Source: Schmidtea polychroa
Taxonomy: Eukaryota
Direction: 5' to 3'
DNA: 64,000 nucleotides
Assembly (NCBI GenBank): GCA_044892525.1
Contig: CM097886.1
Location: 62,062,001 to 62,126,000 of the forward strand
Shown piece after piece: positions 47,264 to 60,551 of this stretch. The first letter of the stretch is position 1. Each line of letters starts with the position of its first letter. The notes beneath the pieces were generated by a model. It saw only the letters and a list, made by a program, of their open reading frames with translations, was not told the DNA's origin and ran no database searches. Both the position numbers and the translations under genes were made by a program.

Positions 47264-48698
47264 AAATATTCAATTATTGTAACTATATTTGATTATATTA
47301 TTTAAAAGTTTAAACAGTTTTATTTTTCAAAAATCTTTTGTAGCATAAAGATGAAAGAGATTGCCAAAAAATAATTAAGTAACCGTAAAAACGTTATGAA
47401 AATAATTAATTTCAAATTTAATCTAAAGAAACACGAAATTATAAATGAAATTCGATTTTAATTCATAAATCAATATTTAATAAATAATTTGAATATTAAT
47501 AAATTTAAAAACATATATAAAAATTTTTATTCTGAAATATTGTTAATAAAGTATCATGCAATTTTGTTTCATTTGAATTGATTATTTTTAATTTGTATTG
47601 ATTACAATGTAAATAAATAAAAAATCGATAAACATCAAAAGTGCCGGAATTATAAAATCAATAAATTATTTGTACCGATAAATTTATTAGAGATAAATAA
47701 TTTTGATAATTATACATGATTATTACTGTCAGTAATATATTCCGACAGCATTAAATGGAATTTTGTTGTTTTGATGGTTTACCGAAATATTTTTTTTGAA
47801 AATATCGTAATTTTAATTTTTGATTGAAAAATTATATAGATTTTTTATCAGTCAAAAATTAATTGCATTTAGGTAAAAATTTTGTTACTTTTATAAATTT
47901 CCCTTTTGTGTCTATATATCTGTTGTAAATTTTTGTTTAAATCGTATGCCCTTTTGTGTTAAAAAGGAAAAAAATTGTCTTCTCGAGTAACAATTGGTAA
48001 ACGTAAAATATACTTTTAAAAAAACCTAATATATGTTTATAATACTTTTAATAATTTATGAGAAAATATTTTTTTGTTATTTTTTCTCCGTTCCCAAATG
48101 CAATAGGTGCACTAGTGGAAATCTATTTTTAATAATATACAAATATGTTATTAAATAAAAACAAAAAAATTATTTATTGGCCGAAAATTCAAGATGACTG
48201 TTTTTTTCACCAATGAGAAATAGTAAGTGAAAATCTATTATTATGGCTGTCGAAAATCGAAAGTCGTCGGTTGTAGCTTTTTAATAAGCAAGTTTGGGAA
48301 CTTTCACTATGTAACATTTGTATTGTATATTTTAAAGAAACTGACCGTATGTTGATGAGATGTTAAAAAGTTTACGTAAGCTGATCATGATTGAGATGTA
48401 ATATTTTAAATTAATTTCAATAAAATAATAATTTAATTAATTTCATTATAGAAATAATTCACGGCAAGCTTTTATAAAAATAAACAACTGTCCGAGATTG
48501 ATGAAGGTTTTGTAAGAGTTCATCTGTCTATTTTCTCTTGGATAATCTCAGAGTAAGAAAATGAAAAATTTTAAAAATTCATTATTAAATATTATTAAAT
48601 ACTTAGTAATTATTCATTTTATTTTGGGGAAAAAATTAATTATACGTAACATTTATTAAAAGTCAAAATAATTTAGAAAATTAAATCTTAACTTAGAA

Positions 48699-48796
48699 CA
48701 CGTTCATGACATTGTGCACCAAAAATCGCCCATTTACCACCAGTGGAGCATGATGTCCAAGTGTCAAAAAACTAAAAAATAAATGTCGTGAACGTG
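48699..48796. mobile_element. Tiny piggyBac-like MITE (98 bp)
   Basis: 14-bp TIRs CACGTTCA(T/C)GACAT; TTAA on the right, AGAA on the left. Confidence 0.6.
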
Positions 48797-48985
48797 TTAA
48801 ACAAAAGTATTTTTTTATTACATTTACAAATAAATTCGTCCATATTTTAAAATAAGTACATTCAAACTGGATAAAAATATATGTATCAATCAATGAGAAA
48901 AGTTGATTTTTATATAATATTAAAAGAAATATTTTATCAATTAAAATTAACGCAAAGATATAGTAAAATTTATATTAGATATATC

Positions 48986-49368
48986 TTGGATGACCGCCTT
49001 AGTTTTACAATCACCCGGAGTCTTTCATAGGAACCCTGATAATTTGAAAAAAACAGATAATTTATTTTCACTAATTTTTTCACATTTTATTCAAAATTAT
49101 AATTGGATAAAGAATTTAAAGAATTAAAATAAAAAAATTATTTATTAAATTTAAACGCATATTTTTACTCCTTCTGACTTCTTGTAAACGGTTCAAAATA
49201 AACAATAAATACCCTAAATGAATGTATAATTTCAAATTTCTGATTTAAAATATTTTAAGTCACTGTTAACAAACTAATATAAAAAACCGGAGAAATTCCT
49301 TGACCCATCCGGAGTTAAATTGAAAAAACTGGAGATCTTCGGGTGGAACCGGTGAGTTTGTCACCCTA
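48986..49368. mobile_element. Degenerate hAT-like MITE
   Basis: Right end tttgtcacccta, left end ttggatgacc (TAGGGTGAC-type), internal ccggag repeats. Confidence 0.4.
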
Positions 49369-50193
49369 GATGTATCTCATAATATAGTATTAAATTTCAT
49401 TTCTAAATAATTTTTAAAAAAAATTCATTTCGGCTTAAATTAATCAAGAAAAATTTCTTAGATATTTCTATAAATCAAGTTTTGTTAAATAATTTAAATG
49501 TTTTTCATCCAAAATAGTTGCCGGTCACTGACCAAAATATTATTTCAATTTTTCATATTTATTATTATTATTATTATTTGTTTTATAATGTGAATTCATT
49601 TCCTTAACGATGAATTCAGTCAACTGTTTAAATGTCATTTAACGTCATTTCAGTTGCATTATTTTACTTCAATTCCAATTCAATGAAGCGTAAGTAATTC
49701 AATTCCTCTGCACAATACAATGAAATAGAATTTAATTCCTAAAGATTTATCAGGTTTCCTCATCTAGATTGTACATCAAAATATTAATATTTTAAATAAA
49801 TTCCCAGACGATGATTAATTTAATATTTGGTTGCAAGCGTTTGTCAATTAAAACAAAATTTTGTAATATTTAATGCGTAATTGTTATACATTCAATGTGT
49901 AATTGTGAAAAAATAAAGTTAATAATAAAATAAAAACGTTTTATTTAGGATTTATTTTCTTTTCAAATTTGATAGTAGCATAATGTAGGATAAGGTTTGA
50001 AACAATTGCCCTAATGAAGCCAAGGCTTCATTTCACAATTATATCGGGAAGTGTTTCTAAATTTAATTGGTAGAATATAAATATAAATATTTTAGACCAT
50101 TTTAGTGTAGAAAATAATCTAAAATGGTAGATTAGTGTCTTACTTGTTGAATTTAGAATGCACTGTTATAACATACATTTTGATATTTATTAA

Positions 50194-50413
50194 CACGTTC
50201 ACGTCGGCGGTGCGTACCACCGGTGGGACGTATTTTAATGTGTTATTAGGCGTATATTAGACGTATTATTAGAAATTTTAACATATATTCATCACATTTA
50301 TTTTTAATTACAATTATAATTAATGACGTATTATAAACATAACTTTTGTTCAATAACATAAACTGCGCCGCCAGATGATGCTCTGCATAAAAATCAGCGC
50401 CGACGTGAACGTA
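50194..50413. mobile_element. piggyBac-like MITE (220 bp)
   Basis: 16-bp TIRs (C/T)ACGTTCACGTCGGCG with TTAA on both sides. Confidence 0.8.
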
Positions 50414-50429
50414 TTAATATGAATTTCAT

Positions 50430-50749
50430 GGTGCCGTAACAAAAGCGCGCAATGCTAAGAAACCCGACAAATGTGCGCAAGACAAAAGTGCACAGACTGT
50501 AAATTAAAAATTCCAAACCTAAAACTTGTTAATCTCAGTGACGCGGGAAACTCCGAATATGCACCCTGAGCAACAGCAATACATAGGCATCAATAGTTGA
50601 CTATCGAGTAAAGTTTGTTGAGATGACCGGTTGGTTGATCGTTCGCCGCCAAGACTGACGTGTCATAAAAGTTACACAATGAGAAAGAGGACACAGGTAC
50701 TATTTATTAATAATACTTTATTTGTCTTGCGCGCTTTTGTCGGGTCACC
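50430..50749. mobile_element. Mutator (MULE)-like MITE (320 bp)
   Basis: TIRs GGTG...ACAAAAGCGCGCAA; perfect 9-bp TSD GAATTTCAT (50421-50429 and 50750-50758). Confidence 0.85.
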
Positions 50750-51739
50750 GAATTTCATTATAAATTTGAGAATAAATATCGATGCACATTTTTATCTAAA
50801 TCTAGCGATTTATTTTGTAAAAAATAAATTGTTGTGAAAAAATGCATGTTTAAGTAAAGTAAGTGATAAAAAATCGAATGTTGTGTCAAGCCCAAATTCT
50901 TGTTTTTATTTTTTGATCAAATCCATAAAAATTAAGTTTCATTATTTTCAATAGGAGTAATGCAGTTATAAACATACGAAAATTTTCTGGTCGTGTTGGA
51001 CTATTTAAAGTTTTAGATGTGGATACCAAATCAAGTTTTAATCTTTTTATAATTTGTAATAAAACGTATTATAATATAGTTTATTACCGGTGTATATGGG
51101 TTATGTTTAAAAAAAATTTTAATTAACAAAAAATAAATATTTAAATTAATATTCAATAATTTTTTTATTAATATTTGTGAGACAACAGATCAAAATAATA
51201 TATATAAGCCACACAATAATTCAGCACAACCTTTACCAAGTGTATCAGGAAATCCACTTTGACGAAATATCATGCACGTTATTTATTGTTTAGATCTATA
51301 GTTTTACAAATATTAATATGAAAATTATTGAATTAAAAAAAGATCCAATATGATCCAATGAAAATTTGAATTTTATCTTGCTTTGAAAATCAATTTTTGG
51401 AAACTGGATTCAAAACCTTAGAAGTTCGTTGAAAATTATTTTATTTAATACCAAATTCTTAACTATAGAAAATATCCTATATGATGTAAATGTTTGGTAA
51501 ATTATATTAAGGTTGCGATTGATGATTTTTCAATAATTCTAGATAGGTCAAATGATATAAAAAATTTAGATTAAACATTATTTCAATTATTAGGTTAAGA
51601 GTTATTGTGGACGATCTTCAAAATCTCAAATATACAATCCTGGAATAGGATATTATGTGGAGGTTTCCAGATTTGTCTACCAAAACCCTATACATAAAAT
51701 TTGTTAAATGATTTGATATGTTTTCAGATGTTACAAGTT

Positions 51740-52320
51740 TTATATCTATATATGTAATTGTTTAGGTCTGTGATAGAGAATTTTGTAGAACCCAATAGGG
51801 TCACCAATAAAAAGTGTCAGGACAATCGGGGTGCCTGTATGTCAGGTATTTATATACAATTTATGACAAACGAGATAAATGTTAACTTTTTGAGAAAAAA
51901 ATATAAATAACAAAACTTAATTTAACTGACTGAACTTTTATTAAAACCAAAATTAAAGACCTTGTCTTGCCAGGGACTCAGTTCAATGAAGGTTCGAATA
52001 GAATAGTGCGCAGTTCTGAAGAATTTAATATCTAACATTTCTGATCTTCTTGATTTTTGATGATTCGGCCAGAATAGTCTGCGGATTCGGGTATTTGATG
52101 ATAATTTGCTCACAATAGAAATATCTTTTTCTTTATTTTCTTTCGAAGTTTTAAGTTTATTTTCTCTTCTTATTGATACTCGGGTATTTGATGATAAATT
52201 ACTCACAATAGAATTTGCTTTCAACTACTTTCTGTTTTGAATTTTTTATCGATTTCTTTTCAATTTTCATTTTGTAATTCCCTATAGTAATTTATTACTA
52301 TAGGGAATTACTATATAGAT
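51740..52320 (+). repeat. Helentron/DINE-like element
   Basis: Sub-terminal inverted repeats (atctatatatgtaatt / aattactatatagat), conserved block ~51785-51835, internal tandem duplication, 18-bp-arm hairpin 52274-52311, T-rich flanks. Confidence 0.6.
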
Positions 52321-53539
52321 TCTTTTTGTTGGGTTGCAGGGGACACTACTCAAATAAAGATAAATAGTACAGTTTGTAATTATTTTCAATTTTGTAATTC
52401 TGATTAATATGATAATTTTACAGTTTATCATATCATTTACTTGATCTTGGGAGTAATGGACATACTAAAAAGATCTAAAATTCGACCTCCAACATTATTC
52501 CAAACATAATGGGAGAAAATATAATAATATATGTGTTTAAATATTTTGCTTCACTCAGAATATCATATTTTCAATATTTATTAATTAAAATTTCCATTTT
52601 TTTGGTAAAAAAATGCGTTTTACTAATTGGTTGATAAATTAAAATCTTCATTTATTATATTGAATACATTTGAATAAAATATAAATTTAAAATTTAAAAT
52701 TTTTTGTATACATTGCCAAAAAAAAAGATATAATAACATACACCAAAATATATTTATTTATTTTTTCAATTATTTATTAATATTATTTTCTGTATTTATA
52801 TAATATTTTAAAATTATGAAGAATTTTTATTTTTTATCCACGGAAGATACGGATCAACATGTATATTTGTGAGAAATTTGGCAATGATCCGCAGTTTATT
52901 GACAAAGAACAACTCTTACGACAAGTGTATGGAGGTTTGTTAACATTTTAACTTACATCTTATTGTTACTAGTTTCTGAACCGCGGACACTTTTAAGTGT
53001 TCATCAATTTCTTAGCCTTAACATGATAAGTAAGAAAATGCAGCTGAGTGGCAAAATATATTTCATAAGGATCATGAAGTTCTGGGACAATTCAGAGAAA
53101 ATTTATTTTATGTAAATAAAGTCTAAATATGGAATAGAATCTGAAATATGGAGTCTAGGAATATGGAATACCAAAATAATAAAATTAATTCAATTTTAAT
53201 TTTGTTTAAGTGAATAGAAGTAGTATCTACATTTTTTTTGTAGAAAGAAAAAAAGAAAAGTGTCTAGTGAGAATAATATGTCAACAAGATCACAGTAGAA
53301 TTATAACATCACATCTTTCCAAGTCTGTACCACCCAAATTTGGCAAACTTTATAATCAACATTCAGATGGAACAGAAAATATGTGCATTTTGGAGTGAAG
53401 GTTGCGATCACTTATTTTAGAATATGACACTAATAATTTAATTAAATATTTTTGAATCACTGGCTATAATATTAATTTAATAGATTAATGTCTTTTTGTG
53501 TTTGTCTAGTTCCAATTCGGATTGATGAATGGTGTTAAG

Positions 53540-54165
53540 TGACTTATTCAGTAAAAAGGTGATATGGTTGTATTGTGTAGAGAAGAATTGTAGGAATTGT
53601 AGAAGCCAACAGAGTCTCAGCAAAAATAATTGTTTGGGACATTTGGCGTGCGTGTATGTTAACAAATATATTGTATAAGATAAATAAACAGAAACATTAA
53701 CCTCCACTTTTATTGAAATAAAATTAATTAATCAACCTTGTTTTCCTTTGGATACAAATAATCTCTTCAATGATATTCTAGTTTTCCAAGGATACAAATA
53801 TATAAATAATCTTTCTAGGATTTTATAGACAGATCTTTGATCGTCTTTTTTTTAATTCAAGGGATCTTCTCGGGAATATATAATTGTTAATATAAATATT
53901 CTTTTTAAATATATCTTGTTTTTCTTTGGATACAAATATATAAATAATCTTTCTAGGATTTTCTAAATAGATCAATGATCGTCTTCTTTTTAATTCAAAG
54001 GATCTTCTCAGGAATATATAGTTGTTAATATAAATGTTCTTTTCAGGTATATCTATAAATAATCTTTTCAATTTCTTAGTTTTGAATTTTTGATTGATTT
54101 TTATTTTTTTATTCAATTTTCTATAGCGATAATTTACTATGGTAAATTATCGCTATATAGTTTTT
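53540..54165 (+). repeat. Helentron/DINE-like element with internal ~135-bp tandem duplication
   Basis: Conserved block ~53590-53660; hairpin 54122-54157 followed by TAG and a T-run. Confidence 0.6.
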
Positions 54166-54477
54166 TTTTAAAAAAAGAAAAAATTCTTCTCCACGTGCAA
54201 CGTGCAAAATTGTAACTCACATTGGATTAGGACAAACAATAAAAAAAATAAAATATAATAATACATTACAAATGGATTGAACAATATGATCAAAATCGTG
54301 ATCCATCAATATAGAATTTAATGCATTTTATTAAAACATATAATACTTATGATGATAAATTTAAAAAGATTTTTTGTTTTAAATTGTAATTTAAATTTTA
54401 GTTATCTTTCTTGAATTGTTAATTCCGAATTGTCTGGTTACCTTTTTGCGTCTCGAAAAGTCACTTTGAACCAATTA

Positions 54478-55522
54478 CAATCGAACTCGGTTATAACGAA
54501 CTGCTTGGGACCAGTAAAAAAGATCAGTAAAAAAATAGAAATAAACGTTTTTTTTTAAATTATTATTAAAACATCAATAATGATAAGAAATGCAAGGCTT
54601 TTTATTATTGTTTTTTTATTTTTATTTCAGTCATTTTTTAATATAATTTAAAATACTAGTTTGCTTCATAGAATTCAACTTGATGTCTCTAATGTGCCCT
54701 CGATGATAGAGAGTGCTGTAAAAACAGATTCCGGTGTGTTGTTGTTCTTTAAAAATTGAGTCAAAATCTCCAAAGCTGCTTGAGCTTGTGAATACACTAC
54801 AATAGGTAGTATTTATTCGACACTTTCATCTTCATCTTCACTATCCTCTTGTTGAAGAACAGCTTGAAGGATGTCTTCCTCCGAGGGGATTCCAGATGTC
54901 ACCAAATCATCATCAATGGAAGCAAAGTCATCCAAGTCTTCAACATGCGCAAAGTTGTTTATTCTTTTAATCTTTAACCATTGCGACAAGGTAAGATCTT
55001 CCTCCTCTGAATATTCATAGGTGGAAACTGACTAGTCATTCAAACCAAATTTATTAAAACAGTGTGAGATAGTTAAAGGTTTGAAACTGTTGATTTTATT
55101 TTGAAAGATTGTATTTTTTACAAACCTGTGAATTTTTATCTCCGCTTTCCAATTCAAGAATAATTTCTACTTTTTCTTGAATTGAGAGGATCTTTCTTTT
55201 GTTTGTACCCATGTTCACAGAAGTTGATTTGATAATATAATACAAGGGCACAATTGTTTAAAATTTTTATTTAATCCTAAGATTAAATTGTTGAGATTGA
55301 ATAAAAAATATATTTTTTTGTGTTTAACAATAAAATTGATATATTAATTGATATTATTTAATTTGAACTTTTAAATCGAAAATTAAAAAAATCTTAATTT
55401 AGAATATTTTTAAAAAAAAAATATGTTCGTTGTAAGCATGAAAATCCTATGTTAAAATAGCTTGAACCAAACCATTTTTTTGTTCGCTATAAGCAGGAGT
55501 TCGTAATAACCGAGTTCGACTG
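54478..55522 (-). mobile_element. pogo/Tigger deletion derivative
   Basis: 24-bp TIRs CA(A/G)TCGAACTCGGTTAT(A/T)ACGAAC with TA flanks; minus-strand acidic C-terminal relic DDFASIDDDLVTSGIPSEEDILQAVL. Confidence 0.85.
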
Positions 55523-57089
55523 TATTTAACTGCAAAAGAAACATTTTAAATTCAACTCACATTAATCTCAACAATCAAACAATTAATGTCATTTATAAAA
55601 CGTAGAAAACAGAAATCAGACTTTCCATTGTTATTTTACATATATCTGTCACCGCAAAATGGAAGTTAATTATAATGCTAATATTTTGTAGAATATTTTT
55701 TTGAAATAACATTTATTATTCGAAATGACAATATAAATTTATATATAAATTTATATATAAATTTATATATGTATATCAGTTTATTTCCATCACATTTATA
55801 ACACTCAATTTCATCTTGAATATCATGACTAATTGACTCTTTTAAATAATTTGAAAAGCGAGAATTATAAAAATTATTTTTATTAATTAATAAAATAAAT
55901 AAATATAAGATATAAAAAGAATTTTAAATTATTATTTTTTTCATATTTTTAATGAATTGATTTGTTTAAAATTACAGATATTCGATAATGCAGACGATTG
56001 GGTTTGTTTGTTTTAATGAAATCGTATTTCTATTCAAAAATGTTTGAAAAAATTACAATTACTTTACTTTCATTTCCTGTTTTTTATTAAATTTATCGAT
56101 TTTTATTTTGTAATTAGTTAATCTTACAAATTATTTTAAAATTTTTAATCAAATATTTTCAATAATGGCTATTTAAATTTATTAATTATTAAAATTTGTA
56201 ACAATATAAAATATTTAATAATTATAATTAATAAATTAAAAAAACATCTCCAACCTGACGGAAGATTAATAATTGAAACTTTAATTTCTTTTAAATATTA
56301 AATAAACATATTTCACAAGAAGTTTTCAATAACTATTTATTCCCATATTTGAAATAATAAAGGCGGCTCGACATTTATTTCATGTAAAACTTGTAAATTC
56401 TTTATAATTTAAACAAATTATTTAATAAAACTTTGTCATCTCTCATAATAATTTGTCAACAAAAATATAGCTTTATCAATCATAGGCTCTGGCATGGGGC
56501 TCAGCGTGGCGAGACATTTATACACTGCAGAAATTTTTATACCGTATTCATTCCATCGGATAGTTTGTTTTATCTTTGTAATTAACATTTTTACTTTTAT
56601 TATTGCCTATAGCAGATTTAACACAAAATATGTGTCCGAGTGAACATAGCTTCCTTATTTTCTAACACATGACTTTGAACCTAGATCCGAATAAATAGAA
56701 GTGAATAAACATTTCATTGAGAGCATGCATTTTAATAAAAAGGTTGTTGACAAATACATTCAATGAAATACATTCAATGAATGAAATAGGAGTCAATATC
56801 ACAAGAATCAACCGAGATGTTTCAACAATTCCCAGTCCCTATTAGCAAAAGTAAATGATTTGTTAAATAAAATAGCACTGAATAAAGTCGGAGTCAAAAA
56901 TCTGTGTCAAATAGAAAAAACATTGATCTATAGTCGAAAGCTAAATAAAGAAAAATGAAAATCTAAATAAACATTTAGTGTATGCATTGTGTTATTAAGT
57001 CGATACATAAGTTTCTAACTCCTCATTTAAAAATTCATATTTAAAAAAAGTCCTTCAAAATAGATGAACTATTATTTTAAAATGGAGAT

Positions 57090-57545
57090 CGATAAGACGC
57101 CCATGTCACATTGCATTTTATTCATGTTCAACATGGGTAAAAGACATCAGAATAAAAGAAGAAATTTGGCAAATTTATGGATATATTGTCAGGTTCAAAT
57201 CTACCAAGGACTGGTAATCGAAGTTCAAGAGGTGTGAGTTGTGTTGAGAAGGCATGGTCAGATTAGGACGCCCGCAAAATACACAAGATGAGCAGCTTCA
57301 GGTACTACTGAATTACTTTGCTTAGTGACTCAATGTTAATCAATCGAATTAATCAATCAAAGCTTTGAGCTATTGGAAAAGTCTGCAAACCATATACATG
57401 TGTTTTGCAACAGGTTTCGCAAAGAAACAAGGATGACAGATAATCAGTTTCATTGTCTTATTTATGCAAGCATCAAAAGAAATCTTTCTTGACACACATA
57501 GTGACTTGGGATGAGAAGTTGGTGTATTATGATTGTAAGGAGTTA
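57090..57545 (+). mobile_element. mariner transposase N-terminal relic
   Basis: LGRPQNTQDEQL and FLTHIVTWDEKLVYYD (IVTGDEKWVYYD-like). Confidence 0.7.
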
Positions 57546-58039
57546 GTAAATCTCTATATAAAATTATTATGGTTAAATGGTAGAAGTGAGATCAGTTAGT
57601 AGAAATAATTATTTCTGTTAAATTTTATATTTAAATTCTATATTAAATTATATCATATTATATTAAATTATATCAATTAAATGTATGACCAGTAATTACA
57701 TTAATATAAATAATTATCACGCCTCGGTGTTTAAATACTCTAGTAAACGGCACAATTTTGAAGTTGTTATAAAAATAAATGCTTGAAGAAGACTTGAATT
57801 TAATTGCGTCTAACAATGATAACCCAGGGAGAATTAGATCATGGACAGGCTCAAGCATACCGCTGGCATTGACCTTAACCCTTTCGCACCGACTTTCCGC
57901 TAATGATACTATGCTAAATTTATATATTGGAACTTGTTAATATTGAACTAAATATGAAATATTCTCATTTTTGTAATCGTGGCGCTTCTGAATATCCTAG
58001 AAAGTCCTGGGATAATAATAAACTTTAACACCGCAAATT

Positions 58040-58250
58040 GCTTTGAAAATATCCCAGTAGGATCATGATGAAAGTTTCTGGGACGTATTGTCCCAATAGG
58101 GCGAAAGGATTAAAGCGTAATATCGATGTAAAAAAGGTTTTAATGTGTGTAGTGGACATAAAGTAATTCCTGTACTTCGAACTATTGCCACCAAATGTTA
58201 TTGCCATAAGGTATAGTAATCAGCTGTTATCGCAGAATAGTAAAATTAAG
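58040..58250 (+). mobile_element. mariner catalytic-domain relic
   Basis: KKVLMCV..DIK*FLYFELLPPNV matches KKVxLCVWWDxKGxxYFELL. Confidence 0.65.
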
Positions 58251-58346
58251 GAGTTAAAACTATATTCATTCCATACAAAGGTCTGACAGAACGCGTTACA
58301 GTTGATTTGAGATAAATTTAAGAATAAATGTACACTAAATTTATAA

Positions 58347-59059
58347 TCTTATATATAATCGTGAATGTGCGCCTGTCTGTCTGTATGTTCGCTATACAAA
58401 TCCAAATTTCTGAAGATTTCTCAAACAAATTTTGTACTGCTTCCTTTTTTACCTAAACCGAGATTATGTGCTACTTTCTACCCAAAAATTTGACCCTATG
58501 GGATACCTTATTTACTGATCCTGTTTTCTGGTTACAAAGCAAAGTAGTGACACGATTCAGAAGATTATCAGAAACAATAAGTGTTCCTCAAATGGGTTTG
58601 AATAACAAAATGTTCATGCTTTTTTACTATTCCCTACCCGAACTAGTTAAGTTACACCCCGATAAAACACCTTGTTTTTGCCATTTCCATGAACCAAGCT
58701 CAGGGACAATCACTGAAAGCTCTAGGAAATAACTTGGAGGAGCCCTATTTTTCACATGGTCAACTTTATGATGCTTGCTCCAGAATTTGTTCAGCCAAAA
58801 ACCTCTTCATCTTTGCACAACATGGCAGAACAAAAAACATTATCTATCAAAAAGCATTTTCTTAAAATGTCAGGTTGACAGGATAATTTTAAAATGTATT
58901 AGTATTATGCTTTCTTTTGTATTTTTGAAATGTTTATAATATGTGATAGATGTTGAAAATAAATAAATACTTTTAGAAAAATATGTGCGTTTTACTGAAA
59001 GAAAACAATTATACAACACAACTTATATTGCCCTGGGCAACGCTGGGTATCCCAGTTAG
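58347..59059 (+). mobile_element. Non-autonomous Helitron (713 bp) retaining the PIF1 helicase C-terminus
   Basis: A|TC 5' end with (TGTC)n; 3' GC-rich hairpin ccctgggcaacgctggg then TTAG|T; 58677-58865 encodes FAISMNQAQGQSL...FSHGQLYDACSR...KNIIYQKAFS*. Confidence 0.85.
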
Positions 59060-59671
59060 TATTACATATTAAATATTATTTGTATAATTAACATCGCTCA
59101 GAAAATGAAAATACTTTATTGAGTTTTCTACGTTTTATTCGAAGTTTTACTTATATAATTATACCGCTGCTACCATATTAGGATTCTCATCCGTCTTTAA
59201 ATCACTAAATAATTCCATAAATTTTATTTAATAAAAGATATCTCAAAAAACTTGTCTGTTCTTATTTTTGTTATTTAAACAAATTTCAGATTTTCTTAAA
59301 ATATTTCTTTGATAAAAATATTTTTTAAAATTGATAAATTTCTTCTTTTTAAAATATTTTTCAATAAAAATATTTTTAAAATTTTTACCAAATTTCTAAT
59401 TAATCTTTAAGAATCTTTTAACTTCCTCATAATAATATTTTGTGAAGATCGTGTGATTGTTTGGAAAATAAATAAAAATAAGAATTTGAACAATACTAAT
59501 AACTGATTATTAAGGAACGTAGCCAGTGATTGGATTCAGTCGTTACGCACCATAGGCCCGTACTGGTTCTTAATAAGTTCTAGTAAGTGCGTACGGATTT
59601 TTCATTTTACATATCAATAAAACTTTGGAAGAAGCAGGCCAACACGAGTGAAAGCAATATGTAGTCTAGAT

Positions 59672-60536
59672 CAGAGCTCCGCAACCTTTTCTCACCCGCG
59701 GCACACCTAAAGACTTAAAAAAATTTCGCGACACACCACAAACAAAAGTTTTTAAAAATTTACGTGATAAGAAATGCACAAACAGAAAATGTATTTTTTT
59801 GTTATTTGATAAATTTATTATCGCCGTTAACAACTATTTTTTATTTATAACTATAACTAATATGAACAATCACTAATGAGATACCTGTGCTTGTTTTAAG
59901 GAAAATAATAGTTTTATATTGGGCTCAATATTTGAAAGAGCAACTCGAAGTTCTTGGTCAAGGCCCTTCAAGCACGACCGCTTATCATTTTTTATTAAAA
60001 CTAGAGTTGAAAAACTTTCTTCACATATGTACGTGGTTGAAAATGGGAGCAGAACTTCAATAGCCTTTTTGGAAATTCGAGGATATTCTTCCTTAACCGC
60101 AATCCAAAACGTATCCAATGGAACGTCGGAAAATTTTATTTTTAGCGTCCCATCGTTCCTCAAGTCAAAAAATTCGTTTCGAATTTGAAGGGAAAGAGCT
60201 ACTGTAGAATTTTCGGCATTCGCTGAAAAAGGATTTCGAATCCAATCGTATTGGTCTGTATTAATTAAGTGAAAGTATTGATGAAATTTCTGTTGTAGCA
60301 ATGTTAAATGTTGTTCGGCCAAACAATATAAGACAATATAAGGAACAACCTGAAATGTAATTTTTTTAAACCATGTTTATTGACCGAATATTTTGTCAAC
60401 AATACAATTATTTGTAAACAAGATAGATATAAGCAAAACGCACGTGTCCGTCATAAACCCTATATTTTTTCTCGGGTAGGCATTGCGCCGCGGCACACCT
60501 AGCATCACCTCGCGGCACACCGGTTGCGGAGCTCTG
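59672..60536 (-). mobile_element. hAT (Buster/Charlie-type) deletion derivative, 865 bp, retaining the dimerisation domain
   Basis: Perfect 15-bp TIRs CAGAGCTCCGCAACC; perfect 8-bp TSD GTCTAGAT; ORF 59873-60322 with FW...EYP.ISKKA...LPFSTTYICEESFS; subterminal CGCGGCACACC repeats. Confidence 0.93.
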
Positions 60537-60551
60537 GTCTAGATTCTGAAG

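Noticed and set aside
51922-54116. Lys-rich ORFs 51922-52224 and 53823-54116 with internal repeats
   Set aside because: They fall in the A/T-rich tandemly duplicated interiors of non-autonomous repeats.
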